DNA of 64,000 nt from assembly GCA_010093815.1 (NCBI GenBank), contig ML996572.1; one strand, written 5' to 3'. Made by a program: the position numbers and the translations under genes. Of the stretch, positions 37,596 to 48,733 are shown in pieces. Under the pieces are notes generated by a model. The model ran no database searches and had not been told where the DNA came from. It saw only the letters and a list, made by a program, of their open reading frames with translations. Numbering within the stretch: position 1 is the first letter of the stretch; every line of letters begins with the position of its first letter. The DNA comes from Pseudovirgaria hyperparasitica (Eukaryota).

Positions 37596-39032
37596 ATGAC
37601 CATCGTCAAAGGCGAGCGTTTCTACCTTGATCTCGACTCAGACGATGAAGATCATGCCCCAGACCGCAGCGTGCCTGTGAGGCCATCTGCAGGCCCGGCC
37701 TTCGACTTCATCGCCGATGTGACTGAGAGACAGCCATCGGCACCGAAGCCTCCAACGGCACCCACCTTCAAAAAGACCGCTTCTGGTTTTCCGGCACCCA
37801 AGACCAGACCTAGAGTGTCAGCGTTCAAGCAACAAAGGCACGGTAGTCATCGGGATAAGCATGAGACTCTTGCTGCTCCCTCCTCGCTGTCCCCCACTGG
37901 TGGTCCATCAAAATATAACGTAGAGCCCGAAAATGAGAGTCCTGAAGCAAGAGAACGGCGTGATATTGATATGGAGAACAAACAACGAGTTGCACAAATG
38001 TCACCTGAAGAGATCGAAAGAGAGCGACAAGAGCTTTTTGCTGGTCTGAATCCATCCTTGATTGAAAAGCTTCTCAAGAGGTCAAATCTTGACGTAACCC
38101 GACAAGACTTCGCAAACACGACGGAGCCAAGCGCCTCGCCCTCTTCTCCAAGAGCAATACCTGATACTATCAAAGATGATTCTGCAAGCGGCGATGCGTC
38201 TGTCAAGCGTTCTCCGAAACAAAGTAAATCCGTCACATTTGCACCAGAATCGGTACCTTTGGACGAGGAGACTATAGCTACTAAGCAAACAGAAGGTAAG
38301 GGGATCGATCCAAACGAGAACTCACAGGCTCCTAATCCTCCTGATATCCCTCCTCCGTCTTCTGTCCACTTCCCTCGCGCGCCGCAGCCCCCAGATCTAG
38401 ATCCAGACGACCCCTCTTTCCTTGACAACCTTCATGAGAAGTACTTCCCGGACCTGTCCTACGATCCATCCAGTCTTTCTTGGATGGCTCCGATCGACGC
38501 CGCGAAACCTTCGTCATATTCTTTGACTCAATCCAGCCTCATGATCTCCGCCCTTCGGTTCTCGTTCAAAGGAGCCTTGATACCCCCTACAAAAGCCGTT
38601 GAGATCCCAGTCACTGAGGGACTTCACCACCATGGTGAGGCCCCAGAGGCTGCTGGATACACAATACCAGAACTTGCCATCTTGGCGAGGAGTGCCGTCG
38701 CAGCACAGCGCTGTATGGCATATCAAACTATGGGTCGTCTCCTTTACAGACTGGGTAAAGGTGAATTCGGATCAGAGGGAGAAAGAAAAAGGTACAACGT
38801 CACAGCCGTGGATGCTGAAGGAGGCGAGATTAGAGAAGAGGCAGATGAAGAGGATGACGATAGATCCGGACTGGCCAAAGGTCTCTGGGAGTGCATTGAA
38901 GAACATAACATCATTGGGATATTGAGCGAAGAAGCAAACAAGACAAAAGGGCATATGAGTTCAATCTCGTACGCGCAGGAGGCTCTCTGGAATTGGCGAC
39001 AGGGCGGAGGTAGACAAAGGAAAGCCGTGTGA
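37596..39032 (+). CDS. RBA50: RNA polymerase II assembly factor Rba50/RPAP1
   Basis: IDMENKQRVAQMSPEEIERERQEL, LHEKYFPDL, LRFSFKG, GLHHHGEAPEAAGYTIPELAILARS..AQRCMA. An in-frame upstream ATG exists at 37539. Confidence 0.92.
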   Translation: MTIVKGERFYLDLDSDDEDHAPDRSVPVRPSAGPAFDFIADVTERQPSAPKPPTAPTFKKTASGFPAPKTRPRVSAFKQQRHGSHRDKHETLAAPSSLSPTGGPSKYNVEPENESPEARERRDIDMENKQRVAQMSPEEIERERQELFAGLNPSLIEKLLKRSNLDVTRQDFANTTEPSASPSSPRAIPDTIKDDSASGDASVKRSPKQSKSVTFAPESVPLDEETIATKQTEGKGIDPNENSQAPNPPDIPPPSSVHFPRAPQPPDLDPDDPSFLDNLHEKYFPDLSYDPSSLSWMAPIDAAKPSSYSLTQSSLMISALRFSFKGALIPPTKAVEIPVTEGLHHHGEAPEAAGYTIPELAILARSAVAAQRCMAYQTMGRLLYRLGKGEFGSEGERKRYNVTAVDAEGGEIREEADEEDDDRSGLAKGLWECIEEHNIIGILSEEANKTKGHMSSISYAQEALWNWRQGGGRQRKAV

Positions 39033-39413
39033 GCTTTGTGAGGAGGTCAGCGAGCTTCTCATCGCAGCACAGTGTGTGCATTTCTCGCTATGGCACCACC
39101 CGATAGGATACATGCTGCAAAGAATCATCCGTTATCATTCTCCCGTGCAATGCGGGGCAGGATCCTCTCAAGAAAATGTACCAAGCATTCCAACGTTGTT
39201 CATTCGGGTTGATCGCAGCACGTCCAAGACACATCATCGTCATGTGTTTCTTCGACTCTCACTAGGCCCTGCTTGTACGATCAAAGTTCTTGTGGAAAAT
39301 GGTTTTTATTCACATAGACAACGATCAGATGAGGAGTCCGCACAATGCACGTTGAATGCAGCTGGCTGACTCTCCAATGGTAGCTTTCCTCTTCTCCCTC
39401 CACTTGTGGAGAA

Positions 39414-40995
39414 CTACTTTCTCAACACAGCTTCCAAAATCTGATCGAGTCCTATATTCGGACCTCCTTGCACCACACCCTCCCAAATTCCTTCTTTTAG
39501 TCTCTCCTCGTCCGGCAATATGCTCCAATTCGGACTCTGCTCCGCCTTCAACCATTTGAAGTCATCGACCTGGTCCCACATGTTCACCGGCCGGTTCACG
39601 CTCTGCACGACATAGAACTCCGGCAACGGCGCAAACCGGATCCCCTCACAATCTTCAATGATAGGCCGACTAGAGCACTGCAGGTACACAACCACGTTCG
39701 TGCTCGCGTGCATCCGAAACTGTCGACACGATGCCACCACAACACTCCCGCTCAGACCCGTCACATGCGCCGACCCAGACACCTGCCCGCATATTATCAA
39801 GCTCGAAGAAATGTTTTTGAGCGTAAGCGCGGCAAACGGTCCCCCATGCGACGTCGGCTGCGACATGTCCACCACACACCGTTTCAGGCTGGACAACGTC
39901 CCAGAAGACGTAGCATGAGACGCCGACGTCGGCAGAATGATGTGCTGGCTCGTGTGGTTCGCGATTGTCACGCTGGGGCTGTTGGAGAAGCTCGGCTTGC
40001 GGATCGCAGACTTGCCGTTGCCGCCCTGTGCGGCGGCGGCCAGATTCTTGTTGACGGGGAACTCGGGCATGGGCTTGTTGTCGTTACCATTTTTCTCATC
40101 ATCGTCATCGTCATCGTTATCGTCATCATCGGGTGGAGCTCCAGGTTTCGGCGATGGGGCTATAGAAGACACGCCCGAGGCTGCTGAAGAGGTGGTGTAG
40201 TCGGGCAGCTTGAGCTTCTGCTGCGCGGCCAGCTCGGCAGCGTCGTGGAGGCTGATTGCGGACGGGTTCTTGCGGTTCTTGAAGGAGAATTTGGCGCGAG
40301 GCGCGAGCTGGGTGCGGGTTGTTTGCAGTTTCTCCGATAGCGCTTTGATGGCCTGGTTCGGACATGTCAGGCATGGGAGGGGGGAATATCAAGGTTTTGG
40401 TTTGTGGTTGGGATGGGGTAGGGGTTTTGGTGGAGAGGGAAAAAGGAAATTGGAAAAAGGGAAAAAGAAGACACAAACAAACCTCGCCGTACGTGCGCTG
40501 GTCGTATGTAGGCACATAGCTGGATGCATCTTTGACCTCGTGCGAGAGCCGGGCTATGCCGGCCAGGCAGTGCTCGATTGCATCGCTGCGCTCCCCGCCT
40601 GCTGCGGGCGTGTTGCCGAGGCGTTCCATTTGTTCTTGTAGGGCTGTTGTTTTCGGTCATATATTAGCATTTTTTATAAAAAAATAAAACCATTCATTCA
40701 TTCATTCATTCATTGGCTGATTCTCCCTCGTACCCCCGGACACATCTACGTAGGGGAGTGGGGAAGGGAGAGATATGGGGAAGGGAGAGATATGGGGATG
40801 TGAGTGCTGCTGTCTGGTGTCTTTTGGGGGTGTGGTTGTTTGGGAATTGGGGGCTTTCTTCTAAGATAGTTTGCTTGCTTGCTTGCTTGCTTACCTACCT
40901 ACAATCTCGTGCTGGAAGTACCGGAAGAAGCGCTCCTTTGGATCGACGGGTGGACTCGTCGTGGGCGAGCTTGCGTTTTTGTCTGGCGTCGCCAT
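39414..40995 (-). CDS. Tubulin-binding cofactor C (TBCC/Cin2-like)
   Basis: KERFFRYFQHE, YVPTYDQRTY, APRAKFSF, ASCRQFRMH, SSRPIIEDC, NMWDQVDDFKWLK..SPNW. Introns 40644-40898 and 40353-40482. Confidence 0.9.
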
Positions 40996-41930
40996 GGTTT
41001 TGGGGTTTGTTTGGCTGGGTGGTTTAGTTAGAGAAGGGTTGGTTTGTGTAGATAGAGTATACGCAGATACAGTTGCGGTTAAAGCAGTGCGGTAGGTAGA
41101 TAGATTGCAGCGATGCCGACCTTTTTATGCTTCTTGCTTGACAACCTTACGCAAAGGGCGGCAGAACAGTGACAGCAAGGCTGGATACGTAGCAGCAAAA
41201 ACAAAAAAGTGGCTGAGTTATGGGAGGTTGGTTGGTGAGATGCAAACTAGGTAGTGAGTGAGCAAACAACAAGTGAGCAGGCGAGCAAGTAAGTGAGCAC
41301 ACGAGACTAGACCGAGCCAAACTTAGACTAGACACGCAGCAGTAGTAGTAGTAGCAAGACTTCTGAAGAAAAGAGCAAATTATTCTTGTAAATTTGAATT
41401 AGAAAAAAATCGGTACCTTATAGGTGGTGATAGTAATTAGTGTCTTAATTAAGACCCCCGGAAAGTGCGGGGGTGATTTTCTGCAGGGGTGTGTTTGTTG
41501 TGTGGTTTGGGTGTGGTTTGGGTATGGTTTGGGTGTGTTGTGAGTGGGTGGGCGGGTGCGGGGGAGGGGAGGAGATGGATGGATTGATTAGGCTGTTTCG
41601 ATTTTGATTGGGTTGGTTTGATAAGCTAATTAGATGATATTTTTGTGTTGCGCGGTCGGTACAAGTGAGTATTTATATTGGATATGCGTGGCTGTATGCA
41701 TACTCGGATCTGGCTTCTCCTGGTGATCGAGCGAGCACATTTTATCATATATTTTGATCTTGTAAATTGCTGATCGAGTGATACGGGCGCGACACACAGA
41801 ACAGGGCGTATACAGGCATGCTTACAATTCTCAGCACTGTTCTGTCTATATAATTACAGGCAGTCACTCTCTCTTGACGTGGAGGATCTGGAATTTGCTT
41901 TTGACAAAAAGAAAGTGTAGTCTTCTCTAT

Positions 41931-42694
41931 TTACCGTGAATGGGCGGATGGCACGCCTTCCAGATCCAGCCCGTACTTCTCCTTTAGTCGTTCTCGGCGT
42001 CGTTGATCGTAGCCTTCTGGGTATATACCTGGTCTTGTTAGCGGGGCAGCAATAAGAGAATGTAGGCCGACGACGAACCTCGTCCTTCTCCAAGCTCGGC
42101 AAGGGTCTGTTCGATCGGTTTCCGTCTGGTCTTTCTCAACTCTTCCTTCCTCGACACTTCGTCCTCAGTCTCATCCTTCTTCCATCCCCGCAGGCTGCCG
42201 CCGGTGTAATCGAAGACTGCCAGGATGACTGCCAGCCCAGACCCGTATCCAAGGGTGTGTGGCAAGCTTCGGTCTTGGTGCTGTTAGCCGTCGGATCAAG
42301 TGAATGGAACACGAGGAGCTACTGACTTCTCAGCCCGAGCACTGAGCCGGCAAAGAATCCACCGACTGCTTTGCTCCAGCTGTCGTCCTTTTCTCGTAGG
42401 TTCGCGGTTGATGCATGGGTGAATGCGTAGAACGCTCCGGCAGCAGCTATCTTGAGATTAGCCTCCAACGTCCTCGATCATATGTATTGTCCCCCCTTTC
42501 CCCTGGTGTATCTTACTGAAGGTGCCAATCGTTCCGCCATATACTCTGAAAGTGCCTAACGCGCCGACGTTCTGCTTCGTGAGGGTATTCTGAGCGGCCG
42601 CAATGAAGGTACCCAATCCGCCGAACGTCAGGGCATTGTTGATCGTGGACTTGATGGTATCCTTCGGATGGTAGGAGTGGTCATCGCCGGCCAT
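41931..42694 (-). CDS. Complex I 21.3 kDa accessory subunit (NDUFA11/NUJM, Tim17 family)
   Basis: YHPKDTI, AAQNTLTKQNVG, STANLREKDDSWS..VGGFFAG, RRKPIEQTLAELGEGRGIY..GY..RRRER; three introns. Confidence 0.88.
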
Positions 42695-43242
42695 GGTGGG
42701 CAACGGTGTGGTCAGCAATTGTTACGATGGCTCACAAGTTCATTCGACCTGACGTTGGCTTGAGAGTGAGGTGCCCAGAGCTCGGCCACGGCAGCTTTTC
42801 GGGAAAACGTCAAGCATGGTTGGCGTGATGCGCTGTCATGGGTATTTCTGGGACTGCAAGCTCGTGGTCTGGCGCTTACGTCGGTCGATTCAAGGGTCTC
42901 AGGCTGTGTGTGTGAAGGTCGTCTTCATCTTCTGCGGCGTGGAAACAGCACTTCCAAGGCTGGTTGTGGACAGAGTACTCTGCGGTTTCTTCTTTTTTCA
43001 TTCCTGTGCTCGTACCGCTACTACATCTATTGAACCTATTACAGCCACATAATCTTACTTACTCAGAACGTCCTGCTCTCTCTTCCACACCTTAATCGCC
43101 CCCAGTGTTGCCTAACAGCTACTACCCTGTCATCAAAGAGCTGTCTTACGACTCATACCGCCACGAGAAGTGCGTCTGCTGCTCTCAGGGACTCTGAGCT
43201 TCTCCTCTCACCGTAGAACCTTCAGACGGTTCTGCGGTGGAT

Positions 43243-46200
43243 ATGGCTTGGCGCCCAGGTACTTCTCATAGCAGCTTCATGCATTGCACTTCCTCGGGTC
43301 GTTGACATTCTACAGGGAAGACCGCTCCAAGACTTCTCGAAGACCTCCTTACCTACGATCCTCGCAACGAAGCCGTCATCGGACGCAACACCTTGACCGA
43401 TGCCCCGCCAGTCTTTGACCCCGAGAAGAGCAGCTCGCATACGCGGTACAATGGATGCCGTCATGCTTTCATGGAGAAGACGGAGCAGAGCAAGCTTCCA
43501 GATGCAGGTCGTCCTCTAGAGAAGTCGGAGAAGTATAAGATCGCCACATACTGCAACCAGTGCCGTTTTCACTTCGACGTGACGGTGGACTATAGTGGAC
43601 AACTGTACCACGGTTCCCCATGTCCCAATAATGAATTTCCGTTACACCATTTCACACATGTTCCCAGCAAGGAGAATGACAAGGCGGGACCATCTCTTTC
43701 TCCGCAGGACTCCACCTATCACTTCCGATGCACAGCGAAGGATTGTCCCGTGGAAGTGTACGTTCGCTCACGGCCTCCAATGTTCAAGACCTCGTGGGTG
43801 GACCTCCTCACCAATGTCGACGGCCTTCGCGCCCGTCTAGCTGCTGCCAAATCTGTCGACCCTAATAGAGCGCTGGATATAAACCTGGCATTACCATGGG
43901 ACGGTATGCAATACTTGCGAAAATACATCGTTGATTCCTTGTCTCCAGAGGTCAAACACAAGATGATCCCAGCGCGGAACGTAAAGTTTATGGCTGCGTT
44001 TGGGTCTGACTGTGACCACGTGCTATTGGAACTTGGGTTCGTACGGGTGGAAGCAGAGGACAGCAATGAGCTCAAGTGGCGGCTTCCGCAATGCGAAAGC
44101 TCAATTGGCCCATTCCAGGCAGATTCACACCGCTCAAAACTGCTCGATATACTTGCGGAGCTGGATTCACTATTACTCAAGCGTGCAAGCTCGGAGATCA
44201 AGCAGATGAAATTTGCTCCACCAGAGCCTAGGCCATGCTTGAAAGACCTCGAACGAGCACTTGGATGTCTCGACTATCCCAAAGATCCGGCCTCAAGGCA
44301 TATTGCGAACAAAGACATTCCAGAGCACCCGTTCTATGGAAGCTTGGGTGTCTTGAGCGACTTCTCAGATCAGTTGGTGATATTCGCGTACAAAAGGCAA
44401 ATCGAGAGCGATCCTTCAAACACCGCTTACTATTTCGAATGTATTGAGGATCTCGCCAAGGGTAGGAATAGCGAAACGCTTGCGACCGAAGTGCAAATAT
44501 TAGCCTCTCAAGGTCAGGTCAATCGTAAACAGGTCCGTCAGGCATACAAGTACTTCAATATCGATCCGGACATGTCACAAACATCCGACACTTTTATCAT
44601 CAACCAGTACAGAGCTCGACTTGCAGACGTGTCGAGCAATCAAGAGCGAGACATGAGGGAGATGCTCCGCATCTTGGGTAGCGCTCGACAAAGCAACGAG
44701 ATATTACACGAGGCGTCGAACTCGCTGGAGACGTATGCACAAGCTTTGAGCTGGCTAGATGTTCAAGACAACATAGCCGACGAGTTCATCGTCACCATGG
44801 CTACCATCAAATTAGAAGATTCTGGGTCACAAGAGAACGCGCGCAAGGCCGTGCGAATAATCGCAGAACACCGCAACAGCGACGCGCTGAGGATCTGGCT
44901 GGAGACAGGTCAACTGGGTCACACGGAGATGGATCTTGCGGAAGCATATCGCATTCTTGATATATCGGATCGGACACAAGAGATTGATCAGGGCAGTCTC
45001 TCGGTGCTCTTCGAAGTGCGAATGACCGACTCATCACACCCGCCAGCAAAGTTGCAAGAGGCGTATGCACTGATTAGCAAAAGCAAATTCGGGATGAACG
45101 AAGAAACAAGTCAGCATCCTCCGGGGAATTGGCCCGTCGGGTTTCAGAACATTGGAAATACCTGCTACTTGAACAGTCTCCTCCAATACTTCTTCACGAT
45201 CCGGCCTTTGAGAGAGCTTGTCTTGAATTTTGACAAGTATAAGCTCGAGCTCACTGCTGAAAATATCACCAAGAAGCGCGTAGGCGGGCGTGAGGTTTCA
45301 GTCGTCGAGCTCGAGAAGGCTCAAGAGTGTAGGTAGACGGTGCTTGGCATATCGCAAACCGTTGCTAATCCGGGCTACAGTCGTTCAGGAATTGAAGAAA
45401 CTGTTCACAGGCATGATCACCTCCACGGAGTCGAGTGTGCGTCCCGAGGTACGACTTGCTTGTCTTGCACTACTATCCACGGGAGACGAAGCTTTGCAAC
45501 GTAGACATTCCATCAACAATCGAGGTGCAGGCCTGGGTGAGACAAATGGAACACCATTCATTGGACCCATGCCCATGCCGACGACCAATGGTGCCTCTTC
45601 ACCTCCCCAGACGGAGACGGGAGATAATAAAAGTGACAGCACACTAGTCGGAGACGGTTCAACCCCAGCATCTAGTACCGAGGAGACTGATGACGCCTTG
45701 AAAGCCAAAGACATTCAATCGACCGATTTAGATGCCGGAGTTACTGAAATGGATGTATCTGACGCTGATAAACCTGTGACCAACGGGGCCATGCCCGCTG
45801 AACCGAATCGTCCTCCTCCCGTTCCTCCAAGGCCAAAGGCAGCAGATACTGCGAGCACTAATGTACCGGCTGATGTAGAGTGGGCTGCCAGACAACAGGA
45901 TGTGGCTGAAGTGATGAACAAAGTTCTGTTCCAGCTTCAGTGCGCCATCAGGCCGGAGGTTATGTCTGACGGTCAAGTGAGTGACCTCACAAGGCGGTAT
46001 GTAGGCGAATGTAATGCTTGAGATGTTATACTGATGAGAGCAGGCTCTTCTTTGGGGAAACCACGACAACGCGCACACGCAACAACAAGATTGAGCGTAA
46101 AAAGGAGACGTGGGACACGCTGTTTGTTAATGTCAATGAAGGACCTCGCGATATCTACAAGGCGTTGGACGAAGAGTTCGATAAGGGAGATATTGAGGAG

Positions 46201-47076
46201 ATTAAGCAGGATGCTGACCATGGTATATTGTCAAAATATGAGAACATTAGCGTTCTGCCACCCGTGGTGCAAGTCAACGTCAAACGTGTCAACTACGACA
46301 CGAAGAAGCGCGAAACTTTCAAGAGCCACAACCATCTCCACCTTGAGGATACACTGTTCTTGGATCGCTATCTCGAGCAAACAGCGTCAGTATCAGCCGA
46401 GGAGCTTTACAGTCGTAGAGTGAAGAGTTGGGAGTGGAAGAAGCGGCTAAGAGTGCTGCAGAGCAGACTGCAGGAGCTGAAGGGCGATGCAGACTCTGGT
46501 GAACTTGCGGATACGATCGAGGTAACGGCGGAGTATTTATCCGGGCAAGAAGAGGAAGATGAAGAGGAGAGCTCGCAAATGGCAGTGGACGGCGAGAGTG
46601 AACGCGCCAAGCTTGTAGCGGCGCTACGAAAGCGGGCGACTGAGCTAAGACATGAGCGGGATGCTATTGGGGATGAGATAGTGGAGTTGCAGGACAAGAT
46701 CGAGGGGCTGTTCTCAGACCTTCAGGACCATCCTTATAAACTGCATGCAATCTTTATGCATCGGGGCTCGGCGGGCGGGGGCCACTACTGGGTCTACATC
46801 CGGGACTTCCAAAACAACATGTGGCGCAAGTACAACGACACCAAGGTCGACGAAGTGACGAACCTACAGGAGATATTCGGCGAAGACAAGACGAAGCCGC
46901 CGGCGACGTCTACGGGCGTGGTATATGTGCAAGAGGGGTTGAGCGGGAAGCTGACGGAGGCAGTGTGTCGACAGATGGCCGGGGAGCAGGAAGACGTGGA
47001 GATGGTGGATGTGATTGCGGGCGCAGGTGCAGATACGGATGCCGATGCGGAGGTGATTGAAGGCGTGGAGCCATGA
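43243..47076 (+). CDS. UBP2: Ubiquitin C-terminal hydrolase (Ubp2-like USP)
   Basis: MAWRP|GKTAPRLL (intron 43259-43315); Cys box GFQNIGNTCYLNSLLQY, QQDVAE, His box HRGSAGGGHYWVYI, WRKYND. Further introns ~45330-45380 and ~45997-46043. Confidence 0.93.
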
Positions 47077-48733
47077 TAGTCGAGGTTCTCGGCATTACAT
47101 ACATCATATATACACTTGGAAGACTTTATGCATAGCGCTGGGCAGTGTTGGTTGGGCATTAGCGAAGAGATGGGCTTTGTAGGGTTGTTGGGCGATTGAG
47201 ATGTGGTGGTTAGTGTAGTAGTTAGTATAGAGATACCCCAAGGGCAGGCATGAAGAAGATGACTATCAATGTTGTAAAAAATATCGACTTTGCCTCGACT
47301 AAATGCTGTAGTGAAGAGTTGTTGTATACATACGTTCCGAGCTATAGACTCTTTGAGCCTAGACCCGCACTCAAATGCGCTAAGCTTCTTCGAGTCCACC
47401 TATGGCTTTGGTACCAGCTAGTCCCAATTAGGATTAGAGCAGCACGAGCCAGCTACTGTATTTAGTCTTAGTCTGGCTAGATAATTAGTCGGCAATACCT
47501 CGGTACGAGATCAGAATGTCCTCCATCCATCGAGTCGGCCGAGCTGTCTCTCTCTCCCTAATATCTATCTTCTGATTATCACACAGATAGGTGTGCAGAC
47601 ATGTGCAATAGATGTGGCAAGTGCGCAGGCAGATATGTATATATATAGATATATATATATTTACATGAGAAGAGATGTAAGATTCACATCTTGGGTGTGC
47701 GTGTATTTCAAGCACGGCGGTGGCGGCGTTGTGGCCCTTGGGAATGGGGCTTGGACGAGATATGGGCGGGCGAATGGGCGAGTGGGCGAGTGGGCGAGTA
47801 CTACCAGTACCACCCTCCTCCTAGGCAGCCAGTAGTAATCTTGATTGGCCAGACAAACGCCAGTCAGTCAGTCAGCTAGCTAGTCAGCCAGCTATATAGT
47901 TGAGTTTTGCAAACGACAGGTGTTCTTCCGCCTTGGCGAGATGGCTATACTGCTGTTGATCAGTGGTTGTAGGTAGGTATGTGTGTATAATTACAGTATG
48001 TGCTATAATGTACAAGAAAGAGCGCAACCTGGCTACAAGCGACCCGCTGTGTTGAATATCATGGGAAGGGGAAGGGGAAGGGGGGCGCGGTGTAATCTCC
48101 GCGTTAGGCGATATATGTAAGGGGTTAAGGTAGACAGTGACCATTAGGTGTATTCTCCGAGAGAGAGAGAGAGAGAGAGATTGGAATTTGGAAAAGACGA
48201 CGATGTTTGGTGTTGTACCCTTGGTAGGGCTGAATTAAAATTTTCTGATTGGACGTGTTGATGTACAGATAGAAGGTCACTGCGTGGGGATGGGATCTAG
48301 GCCATGTAATTATGCCATGTAACTGTATGGGATGTCGCTTATCGTGCGTGTCGGTCGTGTGTACAGTATTACTAGGTGTTTGGTGTAATTATTATAAGAC
48401 GACTAATTAGTTTGTCGAAGAGAATGCTTCAACTCGTCTGCTGCAGCGGCCGCTAGAACAGTTGAAGAAGCTGATCCGAGGCCTGGACGTTCTGCCGACA
48501 TGCATTTGTCCCATAATAACAGTTCCACAAATCCTCCCACTGATCCATATCTCGTCCAGTAATCTATTTGACGTTTTTAGTCCAAAAGTCCAGAACTCCA
48601 TACGCGCGTGACGGGCGTCAGCCATTCTCTACTTCTTAAGACTCTTCCTCTCTTGCGCGCCCTCTCTCTCTCTCTCGTTCCATGCCGTCGCCACTGTCCT
48701 CTCTTCGTCCCGTCTCTTCGTTGCGCCCTCGCC

